A stretch of 35,862 bases of DNA. It comes from a virus. The translations under genes were made by a program, and so were the position numbers. Below, piece by piece: positions 7,584 through 16,949 of the stretch (position 1 is its first letter; every line of letters begins with the position of its first letter). The notes below the pieces were generated by a model that saw nothing but the letters and a program-made list of their open reading frames with translations, was not told where the DNA came from and did no database searches. The DNA is taken from the UHGV virus genome UHGV-0385955. One strand, 5' to 3'.

Positions 7584-9910
7584 TTTCTATCCCCTCCTAA
7601 CATCTTCCGAAAACTAGAATTCTTTTCTATTTGTTTTTCCATTGGTGTTGCAAGTACTCTGGATGTCTCTACAGAGTCAATTTTATTAACAATCTCTAGT
7701 GGTCTGTTGGCAAGTCTGGATAGACGGTCTACTGCATAGAGTAGCTCGTTGTTATTTTCAGACTTCCGGATTCCAACGCTTTTCTGGTAAGTTTGACTTC
7801 CAGCACTTTCCGGCACTGATAACGTTATACCGCTCACAGATGCAGACAACTGAGACACCACCTTACCGGATACTTTTTTCATCTCTTTGTACGGCATATA
7901 CTTTTCGTATCCAACACCTACGCCCATTGCAAGGTATTTCCCGACTTGGTCTCGCATAACTCTGGATGGGGAATGTATGCCGAAGAAATCTTTGATGGAC
8001 GAAACAACACTGCTTGCGAATCCTCCAATCTTGTCAATAATCCAACCAGTCATGTTGGATATTCCGTTCCACAACCCCTGCACAATATTGCTTCCGATTG
8101 ATGCCATCTTACCAGGCAGCGTAAGAATTGCAGATTCAATTCCGGACGCGATTTTTAGAGCGGCAGTTTTCACATAAGACACCATCCCGCTTATTGTACT
8201 CCCGAGATTGTGAATAGCAGACTTTCCTATATTAGCAAGCGTTGAAGGTAGATTCTGAATAGAGCCTTTAATTCCGTTTAATATATTAGTACCGGCTGTT
8301 TTAACAAACCCGACCATAGATGTAATGCCATCACCCAAGAACTTAATTATACTCTTGCCAAGGTTTAACCACTGGAACGCCATCAGCACGTCAACAATAG
8401 CTGCTATAATCTGCGGAATGTTTGCAATCAGAGTTGGTATTGCCTGAATAAGTCCGAGTGCCAACTGTCCAAGTAATTCAGCACCCTTCATTAGGATTGT
8501 TGGGAAATTATCATTAATGATGTTTGCAAATGTCGAAATAATTTCTGGAACTCGCTCAATCAAAATCGGTATTGCACTCACAATTCCTTCTACCAATTTC
8601 TGTAGCAACTCGAATCCTTTTTGAATCATTACAGGAGCTGCTTCTGCAAGTTTTTCACCGATCCCTTGAATAAAATCAAGCACTTTCGGCAACGCTTCTG
8701 GAATCGCCTGTACGAATCCATCAATCAGATTACTCAACAATTCATATCCTTGCTGTAACAAGCTTGGCCCTTGTGACGTAAGCTGCTCATATAGAGTTGT
8801 AATAAGCTGGATTGCAAGCGAACCAACAGACGGCAATATCTGCATCATTCCGTTCACTATTGCCTGTATGATCTGAATTCCAGATGACAACAGTTGCGGT
8901 ATGCTGGTGCTAATATTTTCCGCAAACGAACTTATAATCTGTGCTGATGCAGTCACAATTCCGGGCAATGCTTGTATAATTCCCGTTGTTATGTTGGAAA
9001 TGACTTGTCCACCTATCTGCATCATTTCTCCGAGTTTTCCGGAGTTAAGTGACTGCGAAAGACTTTCCATCAACAGGTTTCCGACTTCTGGGAGTTCTTT
9101 TGCAAGTCTTGGGACGATCTGCATCAAATTATTTGTTATATTTTCAGCTGCGGCCTTTACGGCATCTGCCAATTCCTGTGGGGAACTTGAACCATTCAAA
9201 AAGTTGTCAAATGCTGCTTTTGCGGATTGTACAGAGCCCTCTATGGTAGTTAATGCTTCTGCGCTCGTTGTACCTGCAATTCCCATGTTTTCTTGAATCT
9301 TGTGGATTGCCTGAATGATCTGGTCGAACGACACATTGTCGAGATTCTCTATTTTTTCGTTGAGAATGCCACTGTCGTTAATCAAGTGGATCATTTCAGC
9401 CTGCGTTCCACCATATCCAAGTTTCAGGTTATCCAACATTGTGTAGTTCTGCTTCGCAAATCCCTGATAAGCATTTTGAATATCAGTCATGTTGGAACCA
9501 AATTTATTCGCATTGTCTGACATGTCCACCATTGCCATGTCTGCTATTCTGGCGGCTTCTGCGGTATTGTTTCCGAGTCCTTGTAAAAGTGATGCAGAAA
9601 AGCTTGTTACAGTCTCCATGTACTTATTTGCGGATACACCAGCTGTCTTATACGCATTGTTTGCGTTATCGATCACTGTCTGCGCGCTATCTTTAAACAG
9701 CGTCTCAACACCGCCTATGTTCTGTTCCAAGCTTGCAACGGAATCAAGAGACATTTTAGACACTGCCCCAAATGCTGCGGCAACTCCAGCTACTGATCCG
9801 GCAATCACTTTCAATCCACCACTTGCAACACTGCCAAGTTTGGAAATTCCTGAATTGAATCTGGATTCGTTTATTTCTGTGTTAAATTTTAATGAGCCAT
9901 CATAACCCAT
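7580..9910 (-). CDS. Tail tape measure protein (TP901 family)
   Basis: 776 aa. Ala, Gly and Ser-rich helical repeats. The N-terminus resembles TIGR01760. It follows the chaperone genes. Confidence 0.9.
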   Translation of the reverse strand: MGYDGSLKFNTEINESRFNSGISKLGSVASGGLKVIAGSVAGVAAAFGAVSKMSLDSVASLEQNIGGVETLFKDSAQTVIDNANNAYKTAGVSANKYMETVTSFSASLLQGLGNNTAEAARIADMAMVDMSDNANKFGSNMTDIQNAYQGFAKQNYTMLDNLKLGYGGTQAEMIHLINDSGILNEKIENLDNVSFDQIIQAIHKIQENMGIAGTTSAEALTTIEGSVQSAKAAFDNFLNGSSSPQELADAVKAAAENITNNLMQIVPRLAKELPEVGNLLMESLSQSLNSGKLGEMMQIGGQVISNITTGIIQALPGIVTASAQIISSFAENISTSIPQLLSSGIQIIQAIVNGMMQILPSVGSLAIQLITTLYEQLTSQGPSLLQQGYELLSNLIDGFVQAIPEALPKVLDFIQGIGEKLAEAAPVMIQKGFELLQKLVEGIVSAIPILIERVPEIISTFANIINDNFPTILMKGAELLGQLALGLIQAIPTLIANIPQIIAAIVDVLMAFQWLNLGKSIIKFLGDGITSMVGFVKTAGTNILNGIKGSIQNLPSTLANIGKSAIHNLGSTISGMVSYVKTAALKIASGIESAILTLPGKMASIGSNIVQGLWNGISNMTGWIIDKIGGFASSVVSSIKDFFGIHSPSRVMRDQVGKYLAMGVGVGYEKYMPYKEMKKVSGKVVSQLSASVSGITLSVPESAGSQTYQKSVGIRKSENNNELLYAVDRLSRLANRPLEIVNKIDSVETSRVLATPMEKQIEKNSSFRKMLGGDRN

Positions 9911-9961
9911 ACTATCCCTCCTTTATGGATAGCACAGGCTCAATGGCTCAATTTAAAGTGC

Positions 9962-10117
9962 TTAAATCTTAATCTCTACTTCTTTTTTGCACGTCCGGCA
10001 CTTGATAAATGCATTGGTGCAAACGGAATTGTTGTTATAAATCAATAGCTTGCACCCGCAAAAAGGACACTTATACCACTTTCTCTCAAGTGATGGTTTT
10101 TTAATTTTACAACTCAT
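9962..10117 (-). CDS. Small zinc-ribbon protein, 51 aa, not in the ORF track
   Basis: MSCKIKKPSLERKWYKCPFCGCKLLIYNNNSVCTNAFIKCRTCKKEVEIKI. It has CPFC and CRTC motifs. RBS GTGAGGTGACAG. Confidence 0.35.
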   Translation of the reverse strand: MSCKIKKPSLERKWYKCPFCGCKLLIYNNNSVCTNAFIKCRTCKKEVEIKI

Positions 10118-10125
10118 CTGTCACC

Positions 10126-10710
10126 TCACATAAAAGCATTTCCGATATCATAATCCGTCAGGCTCTCAGATGGCAATTGAATTGATTTCTGGATCTTTTT
10201 AATTCGTTTTTTCTCTTCTTTGTCTTTAATTTCCGATAAATCAACACTGCGGTACATTATTCGCTGTTTAATCTCTGTATCGTCAGACAAACCATCAAAA
10301 AGCATCCGGAATTTCCACCAATGCATATATTTAATGTCGATTAAATCAATTCCATAATCTCTGAGAAAGCCGGATAATATATATGGATAATCAATGGAGT
10401 ACGAGAATAAATTTTTCTTCGGCTTTTCTTGCAACTTTTCTTGCGGTTCTTCACAATCACCTGTCTCCGCAACCTTTGCACAGTTTGTATCCATCGTTAT
10501 AAAGTGGGACAATGCGCTTATAGCTTCTTCATCTGCAACTACATCATCAATAAAATACTGCTGTATGATCGCGAATTTTTGGAGAGCATCAAGCTCTTGG
10601 TCTTTCAACATGTCCAAAAGCCTGATGTATTCACGGAAATCCGTAATAACCTTGATATTTTCCCCTCTTACATTTACTGTGCTCGGTAACTCTTCATAAA
10701 AAAAGTTCAT
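10126..10710 (-). CDS. Tail assembly protein (Gp15-like / gpT-like), upstream of the tape measure gene
   Basis: 194 aa. Its start overlaps the stop of the upstream chaperone gene. Position between the major tail and tape measure genes. Confidence 0.5.
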   Translation of the reverse strand: MNFFYEELPSTVNVRGENIKVITDFREYIRLLDMLKDQELDALQKFAIIQQYFIDDVVADEEAISALSHFITMDTNCAKVAETGDCEEPQEKLQEKPKKNLFSYSIDYPYILSGFLRDYGIDLIDIKYMHWWKFRMLFDGLSDDTEIKQRIMYRSVDLSEIKDKEEKKRIKKIQKSIQLPSESLTDYDIGNAFM

Positions 10711-11075
10711 TATTTCTTCGCCCGTCTCTGTGCTCTATTCGGTGTGTATTTGCTAACAACAGAGTTCCGTCTCTTATTTACGGCATTGATTTCTTTTTCA
10801 CATACAGCAATGAACGAATCATAGCACTCTTCGCAAACTCTCAAATTCATTTTCCCGTCAAAAAGTTTTTCAGAAGTACCTTCCTCGAAAATTCCGTCAA
10901 AAATATCATAAAACAACAAACAATATTCTCTGGTTATTTCCGATATCTTCCCAACCTTTTCAAGGTTCTTCTCTCTCGGCTCAATGCTTTCAAATACTTT
11001 TTCGTATCTTTCCAAAAACTCTACGTCATCCATATCTATTTCAAGTTCTACATCGTTCCATTTCCACTGGCTCAT
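10710..11075 (-). CDS. Tail assembly chaperone (gpG-like)
   Basis: 121 aa acidic protein directly after the major tail gene. Confidence 0.5.
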   Translation of the reverse strand: MSQWKWNDVELEIDMDDVEFLERYEKVFESIEPREKNLEKVGKISEITREYCLLFYDIFDGIFEEGTSEKLFDGKMNLRVCEECYDSFIAVCEKEINAVNKRRNSVVSKYTPNRAQRRAKK

Positions 11076-11130
11076 TGGCTCACTCTCCTATTCTTTCTCG
11101 TATTTTTTACCGCCTTAAAATCGGCGGCAG

Positions 11131-11655
11131 CTACTCCCCCATGTAATCTCCCTTGGCGTAAGTAACTGTCTTGGATGTAATGTCAGTTTCCGTAACGTAT
11201 CCTTCCTCAAGATCGGATACAGCTTTCAGCGATCCATTGTAAACCAATGCGTCTGTTCCATCTCCGTCCGAATCCGGGATAACTGCGTAAGTTCTCTTTG
11301 TTGCGTAACACTTGTCACCTTTCGTGTTCTTTTTGTAAAAATCCACCGTGACCACTTCCACATGTGCATCATCCGCAACTTTCTCACCGTCATGGATTTT
11401 TGCAATTCGCTCATGTACAGGATTCCCTGCATACATATCAAAAGAGTACTCTGTAGCCGGAGCATATCCAACTACATCTGATCTCTCGGTGCTTTCATCC
11501 ACGTACTGTCTGGAATACTCTTTCGGGTTTTTCCCGTTTGTCATTGCGGTAAAATTGGTCATTCTTTCAAATTTCGGAGAGCTGCCCGTTGCATCCGTGT
11601 TCATGAATGCCACACGCAAATGTCTGCCTACTAATTTTGGTGCTGTTTCTGCCAT
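11131..11655 (-). CDS. Major tail protein. Probable start MAETAPK at 11655.
   Basis: RBS AGGAGGT before the ATG at 11655. Size and position fit the family (TP901-1/phi13-type). Confidence 0.7.
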   Translation of the reverse strand: MAETAPKLVGRHLRVAFMNTDATGSSPKFERMTNFTAMTNGKNPKEYSRQYVDESTERSDVVGYAPATEYSFDMYAGNPVHERIAKIHDGEKVADDAHVEVVTVDFYKKNTKGDKCYATKRTYAVIPDSDGDGTDALVYNGSLKAVSDLEEGYVTETDITSKTVTYAKGDYMGE

Positions 11656-11657
11656 GT

Positions 11658-12077
11658 TTATACCTCCTGCGTATAAATTAAGCGGCACTCAATACGATAC
11701 TTAGCTTTTTCCTCGTTGATATCGTACAAGTAACCACTGTTTAAAGTTTCAATTGATATTGGACTTTTCTTTTCTCCGAGTTTCGGGAGGTTGTCGTTAA
11801 AACTCTGCTGTTCCAACCACTCTTCGAAGCTCTGGAAAAATCCGCTATTCTCAATGTTAATTCGTGCGTCTTGGTCATATTCCTCTTGGCTCGTAAATGC
11901 GAATTGGAACTGCTTCTTTGTCCCACCGTCCGTGTATCTCTGCATGATCGGGTCGCAAGGGAGAGGGTCAACAGAATACCCCATATCCGTTCCGATATAA
12001 TCCACATTTACACGCCCGTCACTCAAAAACGGACATGTGAGAATGTATGATCTGACGCTGTCAATGAGATTTGACAT
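11658..12077 (-). CDS. Tail completion / terminator protein (head-tail joining)
   Basis: 139 aa, immediately upstream of the major tail gene. Confidence 0.5.
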   Translation of the reverse strand: MSNLIDSVRSYILTCPFLSDGRVNVDYIGTDMGYSVDPLPCDPIMQRYTDGGTKKQFQFAFTSQEEYDQDARINIENSGFFQSFEEWLEQQSFNDNLPKLGEKKSPISIETLNSGYLYDINEEKAKYRIECRLIYTQEV

Positions 12078-12450
12078 ACTTAGCCGCTCCTTTCAGGATA
12101 GAGTCTTTGTGACGGTTTTTCATGCGCTCAAACCATCGTGATTTTTCCTTGTGCTCGTAATATTGTCTACGTGCATAAGGTGCAATCTGGTTGATCTCGC
12201 CACTTCCAATTACGGTGCCAAGGGTTGCTGACTTAACAAGTACCCTTGTCCGTCTTGGAGTCTCCGGGTTCATGCGCCGGATGCATTCGGAATCAACAAA
12301 TTCCTGCGCGCTTGCGAAACCAGATTCCATATTCGGCTTAAAGTTCGGATTCCAGTCAAGTCTTGCCGTCACTTTTCCACCTTTTGTTGCTTGCGTATAA
12401 ATTACACCTCTCGGTGTCTCAATCTGGAATTTTTTCTTTCCTTTTGCCAC
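12061..12450 (-). CDS. Head-tail joining protein (HK97 gp10-like / minor capsid)
   Basis: 129 aa. Position in the connector cluster. Confidence 0.5.
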   Translation of the reverse strand: MAKGKKKFQIETPRGVIYTQATKGGKVTARLDWNPNFKPNMESGFASAQEFVDSECIRRMNPETPRRTRVLVKSATLGTVIGSGEINQIAPYARRQYYEHKEKSRWFERMKNRHKDSILKGAAKYVKSH

Positions 12451-12785
12451 TACACTCCCACCGCCTTTATATGCGGATTGCCGCCAAAAGTATTGTAGTT
12501 TGCAGATGTAATTCTAGTCTTGTCCAGTCCGTCCAAGTCCTTAATCGTCTGCATGTCAACCTTGCAATCACCTTTTACAAGGTAATCGTCTTTCTTGATT
12601 TTCACGCTCGTATCCGGGATTCTCACCGTGTAAGCGTCTGCTTGCTTTAATCCATCAGTCGTGATCTGCGACTTTTCATTTTTGTACCACCATACCTCTG
12701 GGATATACGTTCGCTCCCACTCATCCAGTCTGGTTTCCGAGTTGTATTTCCTGCTGTACAGTGTTGCGTCTGTGTTGGTTATCAT
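12450..12785 (-). CDS. Head closure protein (SPP1 gp16-like)
   Basis: 111 aa. Position in the connector cluster. Confidence 0.5.
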   Translation of the reverse strand: MITNTDATLYSRKYNSETRLDEWERTYIPEVWWYKNEKSQITTDGLKQADAYTVRIPDTSVKIKKDDYLVKGDCKVDMQTIKDLDGLDKTRITSANYNTFGGNPHIKAVGV

Positions 12786-13162
12786 GATTCTACCCCCATA
12801 TATAAGAGACCAGTCGGCATAAGATAGAGTTCCAATGTGTCAGATATTTTTCTACTAAGCAGTTCATCTGCTGTTCCCCCGTTTCCTCCACTTTCGTAGC
12901 TGACAGAGTATCCATCTGTGTTTTCGGACGTAACCACGCGCCCAGAATGCTTGCTTCTGACCTTTTCATCATTTGCAATCAAATCACAGACGGCGCAAGT
13001 AGCAAGCTTTACTTCTTCCATCTCCATGTTGTCATCAGCGCGCCCGAAGGTAATCCTCCGGACATAAGCTGATGCTTTCATAATGGATTTCTCAAACTCT
13101 TCTTTCGCCAGATTCCCCTTGTATGTAGAGGTATAATATTCATAATCTGCGTACAGATTCAT
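12782..13162 (-). CDS. Head-tail connector protein (gp6/gp15-like). Probable start MNLYADYEYY at 13162.
   Basis: Lies 12 nt after the MCP stop. RBS GGAGTAGGGG. Confidence 0.5.
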   Translation of the reverse strand: MNLYADYEYYTSTYKGNLAKEEFEKSIMKASAYVRRITFGRADDNMEMEEVKLATCAVCDLIANDEKVRSKHSGRVVTSENTDGYSVSYESGGNGGTADELLSRKISDTLELYLMPTGLLYMGVES

Positions 13163-13173
13163 TCGATCAACCC

Positions 13174-14031
13174 CTACTCCGCAGCAGTGTGCACATAGAT
13201 GGCCACTTTTTTGTTGTCTTTCGCTTCTGCGATACCTACGGTACGATATCCGAACTTCCAAGCATCTGCATCCTGATTCACTTCCGGAGTAATGATCTTA
13301 GATACAGTGTGTTTCTGATTCTGGATCACTGCATTCTTGTCAACAATCAAGAAATCAATCTTCTTACCGCCTATTGTTGTAAAGCCGCCGGCTCCAGATG
13401 CTGTCAACGTGACTTTGTCGAAAAATCTTCCCTCAGGAACTTCAATCACTCCAGCCCAGCCTTCCAGAACTTTCTTGGATGCCGTTGTATCAAGGTCCTC
13501 AATATCCCCTTTGAGTGCAGCAGAGATATACAGATAACAGGTTTCCGGCTTTGCCTCCGCATTTTTAATAGCAGTCTTGCCTTTTCTAATTGCTGCAATT
13601 CCGGCTTTCGCATCTGCAATCGCTGCTGCCACTTTATTGGCAGATGGTGCGTATCCTGCGTAAGATGCAAGTCTCCAAGCGTCAAGCTCCGGAACAACCT
13701 GTGTTCTCAAAAATTCTCCAGAAAGACGTCCGAAGGCAACACCTGCAGACTCGATATTGTCCATAGCGTCCACAGTGAACATACGGCCTCGATCATAAGT
13801 ACATTTCTTAGTCTCGTACTCAAGTGTCACATCACCTGCAACATATCCTGTCTGCTTATTGTAATTTGCAAGACCGGACATCGTCATTTTCGGAATCAAA
13901 ATTTCATTTGCGTTCGCTCCCTCTCTCACAAGCTCATTCGGACCATCCAAAACCGCTGTCAAAGATGCCAGTTTATAAACCTCATCAAGCATAGTAGAAT
14001 ATGCTTTTCTTAATGCAATTGTATTTGCCAT
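13174..14031 (-). CDS. Major capsid protein
   Basis: 285 aa, directly after the scaffold gene. Strong RBS. Confidence 0.7.
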   Translation of the reverse strand: MANTIALRKAYSTMLDEVYKLASLTAVLDGPNELVREGANANEILIPKMTMSGLANYNKQTGYVAGDVTLEYETKKCTYDRGRMFTVDAMDNIESAGVAFGRLSGEFLRTQVVPELDAWRLASYAGYAPSANKVAAAIADAKAGIAAIRKGKTAIKNAEAKPETCYLYISAALKGDIEDLDTTASKKVLEGWAGVIEVPEGRFFDKVTLTASGAGGFTTIGGKKIDFLIVDKNAVIQNQKHTVSKIITPEVNQDADAWKFGYRTVGIAEAKDNKKVAIYVHTAAE

Positions 14032-14058
14032 ATCTTTTTACCTCTTTCTTTCTAAAAA

Positions 14059-14610
14059 TTATTTTTCTGCCGGAAGTCCCATAGCCGCTCTGATTGCTGA
14101 CAGATTATCTCCACCAACATCGGCACCGCCTCCTGTTGCTCCGACTGCATTCATGAACGGTTCATTAGAACCAAATAAATAAGCATCAGATTCCTTTACG
14201 GTTTCCAATGCTTTTTTGATGTCCTCAGACTGGTTTTTTGATTCTTTCAGGGCTTCTATGTCAAGCATAGCCATGACTGCTTTTTCATTGCGTCCACCAG
14301 CTGTCTTGATCGCTTCTTTGATCGTGTCGGAAAAGATGCGATCCGCTTCTTTGGCGGCATACTCAGTATCTTTGTCTTTTAACTGCTGATTCAGCTTATC
14401 AATCTCGCCCTGCATAGCTGTTGGGTCAACATCTTTAAATTTCTCTAAAGATTCCGTTGCAGTCTCAAGCTGACTCTTGTAATTGTCACGCTCACCCTCT
14501 GCTTTGGTTGTCTTTGCCTTTTCAGCGGCAATGTCTTTCCCGTTCTCTGCCATGATCTTATCAATAACATCCTGTTCCAATCCGAGTCCTTTTAAAAATT
14601 CTGTTTTCAT
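14059..14610 (-). CDS. Scaffolding protein (phage GP20 family)
   Basis: N-terminus MKTEFLKGLGLEQDVIDKIMAENGKDI. Charged, coiled-coil. Upstream of the MCP gene. Confidence 0.7.
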   Translation of the reverse strand: MKTEFLKGLGLEQDVIDKIMAENGKDIAAEKAKTTKAEGERDNYKSQLETATESLEKFKDVDPTAMQGEIDKLNQQLKDKDTEYAAKEADRIFSDTIKEAIKTAGGRNEKAVMAMLDIEALKESKNQSEDIKKALETVKESDAYLFGSNEPFMNAVGATGGGADVGGDNLSAIRAAMGLPAEK

Positions 14611-14758
14611 GTTTCGATCTCCTTTCGCATTAGGTTATTTTTAGGTGTGTAACCATCCACCACGAATTGACTGTTTAAGGTCTCATCTACTGACCAAAAA
14701 GGCATAAAAATAACACATATCTCTATGTGCTAATGTCTTACCTATTCAATTTTTACTC

Positions 14759-14854
14759 CTAAAGTAACGCCTGTACCTGCTCTTTCAAACTCTCCGGTAC
14801 ATCATCAATTGTCAAGTGTCCACCTTTGATTCTGTTTGCCAAAAACTGTGCCAT
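14759..14854 (-). CDS. Small ORF, 31 aa (MAQFLANRIKGGHLTIDDVPESLKEQVQALL)
   Basis: RBS GGGGGTG before the ATG. It is packed 4 nt after the upstream gene's stop. Confidence 0.25.
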   Translation of the reverse strand: MAQFLANRIKGGHLTIDDVPESLKEQVQALL

Positions 14855-14857
14855 AAT

Positions 14858-15145
14858 TTACACCCCCATTTTCATTGTTGCTAAAATTAACTCCTGCACC
14901 GCTTGGTCTGTGACTTCCTGTGCCGCCTGTGTTGCTTTCAGGTCGTTCTGTAATTTACCGTAGGCGCTCATACCATCATCCACTGCTTCGTATTCTTTGA
15001 TTACATTTTCTTCTGTCTCTGTATATCCAACAAAGACAAGGTTACTAAATCCCTCTGGTTTCTCTTCCTTGAGTGGTTTGTAGCCCTCCTTTTTGATGGA
15101 GCTGATTCTCACAGTTCCGCTTTCCGTGATTTTTGCGTAGTTCAT
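14858..15145 (-). CDS. Hypothetical protein, 95 aa, part of the island inserted in the head module
   Basis: Tightly coupled to the 511-aa ORF upstream (2-nt gap). Confidence 0.5.
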   Translation of the reverse strand: MNYAKITESGTVRISSIKKEGYKPLKEEKPEGFSNLVFVGYTETEENVIKEYEAVDDGMSAYGKLQNDLKATQAAQEVTDQAVQELILATMKMGV

Positions 15146-15147
15146 GT

Positions 15148-16683
15148 TTAAATCTCCTTTCGGTATGTTACTTTAATATCGGGGTCAAGCTCCCCTCCGT
15201 CCGCTGTGATGACTGTGGTAGGGTAGTAGGTTTTTAATGCTCGGATAGCGTTTTGTTCGGATTGTGGTAGGGGGACGAATTCGGGGTTCGTAGTTTCGTA
15301 AGCGATTTTTAACGGATTTTCTACGAGCCACGTTTTAAATTCTTGGACGGTTGTAACATTTTCGTTCGGTGCTGAAAAAAATTTAACTCCAATATTCCAA
15401 TTACAACAGATTCCGAATTCTGCTTTTGTGTACGACATTGCTATGGCTCTATATCTGTCTACATAAATATCGCCATTTCCGTTTCCATTCGGTACATCTG
15501 TAAAAACAACCGAAAAATGCTGAACTTCTCCTTGTTTCCCACCCAGGGTTATATTACTAGATTGTCCATCAAAACCGTCAATTATCTTGCTCTTATACAA
15601 CCACCCAATCTGTCCACCCTGCTCTACCAGTCTGTCCCACTTTGTGAGAGGGCGGTCGGAAGTTAGAGTGAGGGTTTGCGGTTGATGGTATTGCTCAAAT
15701 TCATTCATAGCTGTTCCATATTCCATTTGGATTTTGGAATCAATCGACGCTCTTGCATTCGATATACTAGCCCGAATGTATTTTGCGTTTGATGGAGTTT
15801 TAAATTTTCCAGTAAAATGCTGAACTATCTTCTTTCCGTTTTCGTCATATACGTTGATATTACCTTCCCATATTACTCCATTTGCAGAAATGACATAATC
15901 TGTATTTGGTTCAATTTCAACTGGTTTGTCAAAAGTATTCATTGTTACTAGATCGCTAACAACATTCATGTCGTCCGTTATGAATTTTCCCTTTAATAGT
16001 TTCCCGTTAAAAAGATTTCTTCCAGTAACCTTCACATCCACTTCATACTTCCTTGTTTCCTCATTCCACATCCCAGAGTTTTTAATTTCCTGCGGATATT
16101 CCGGACTTGGGGAGGGTTTACCGCCTGTGTAGGGTTCGTAAGGCAGAACGGTAGAGCCTTCATTTACCATGCAAACTTTTTTCAGTTCTTCCATATCGGA
16201 TTCTGTAACATTGGTCATGTCTATTTTCTTGTATGTCAATCTTATGTAAGCTGCACCTTCTGGCATTTCTGAAGACATATTTATCGGAGAATTGATTTTT
16301 GTCTTTTCTTTATCGTATGCAATTATTGTATGCGCTGAAAATTTGTTTCCGCAGCTAGTGGAATACCTTTTGCCCGGAATAACAGGGATATACCCAGTGG
16401 TAATGTATTGTTTTAGTTTGATAATATTACCAGTATCTCCTGCAAGAGTACCAACCACGAACTCACTCGGATTAGCAAGATTTTTTCCAGTAGTCTGCAC
16501 CTGCTCCGTCTTCCCACCAAGCTCCAACCTCTCAAGCGGTGCATCCAAGCTGTTCGGAAGTACCAGCATCCCTGTACCCTCTAGCTCTACCCTGTCATAA
16601 TTCGGTGGCTGCGGCGTAGAGACACCCAGAGGACAGATCATATCCACTCCTATGATTCCTGTTCCGTCTACCATTTTAAGCAT
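15148..16683 (-). CDS. Large hypothetical protein, 511 aa, inserted between the MuF-like and scaffold genes. It is beta-rich with internal TG[KR]NL-type repeats. It may be a capsid decoration / fibre or adhesin-like protein.
   Basis: No catalytic motif recognised. Repeated segments TGKNLANPSEF and TGRNLFNGKLL. A Gly/Asn-rich stretch VPNGNGNGD. The head module in A118/SPP1-like phages normally runs portal, MuF, scaffold, MCP without such a gene. Confidence 0.65.
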   Translation of the reverse strand: MLKMVDGTGIIGVDMICPLGVSTPQPPNYDRVELEGTGMLVLPNSLDAPLERLELGGKTEQVQTTGKNLANPSEFVVGTLAGDTGNIIKLKQYITTGYIPVIPGKRYSTSCGNKFSAHTIIAYDKEKTKINSPINMSSEMPEGAAYIRLTYKKIDMTNVTESDMEELKKVCMVNEGSTVLPYEPYTGGKPSPSPEYPQEIKNSGMWNEETRKYEVDVKVTGRNLFNGKLLKGKFITDDMNVVSDLVTMNTFDKPVEIEPNTDYVISANGVIWEGNINVYDENGKKIVQHFTGKFKTPSNAKYIRASISNARASIDSKIQMEYGTAMNEFEQYHQPQTLTLTSDRPLTKWDRLVEQGGQIGWLYKSKIIDGFDGQSSNITLGGKQGEVQHFSVVFTDVPNGNGNGDIYVDRYRAIAMSYTKAEFGICCNWNIGVKFFSAPNENVTTVQEFKTWLVENPLKIAYETTNPEFVPLPQSEQNAIRALKTYYPTTVITADGGELDPDIKVTYRKEI

Positions 16684-16949
16684 TGTACTTCCACTCCTTT
16701 TTCTGAGGTTGCTGTGGGGATGATCTGGACGATGTTGCTCTTTCCACCACCGTAGGAACCGTACTGCAATACCTGTGCGGTCTGTGCCGGAATCAGTACG
16801 CTTTGTTCTTTTGTTGCGTCCCTTTCCAGAGATGCGTAAATATCACCATCCGTAAAATTCTTAACCAGAAATTCGGATGATGCTGTCTCAAATTCAAAAA
16901 TCAATGTTTCTTCCGCTGTCGGCTGTCTGATTACTTTTACTTTACTCAT
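16668..16949 (-). CDS. Hypothetical protein, 93 aa
   Basis: Its start overlaps the stop of the MuF-like gene. First gene of the inserted island. Confidence 0.5.
   Translation of the reverse strand: MSKVKVIRQPTAEETLIFEFETASSEFLVKNFTDGDIYASLERDATKEQSVLIPAQTAQVLQYGSYGGGKSNIVQIIPTATSEKGVEVQCLKW

Noticed and set aside
7699-9905. Several + strand ORFs inside the tape measure gene
   Set aside because: They are reverse-frame artefacts of the Ala/Ser-rich TMP coding sequence.
13189-14013. 274-aa + strand ORF
   Set aside because: It lies entirely antisense to the major capsid gene. Its Cys/Arg-rich composition is typical of a spurious reverse-frame ORF.
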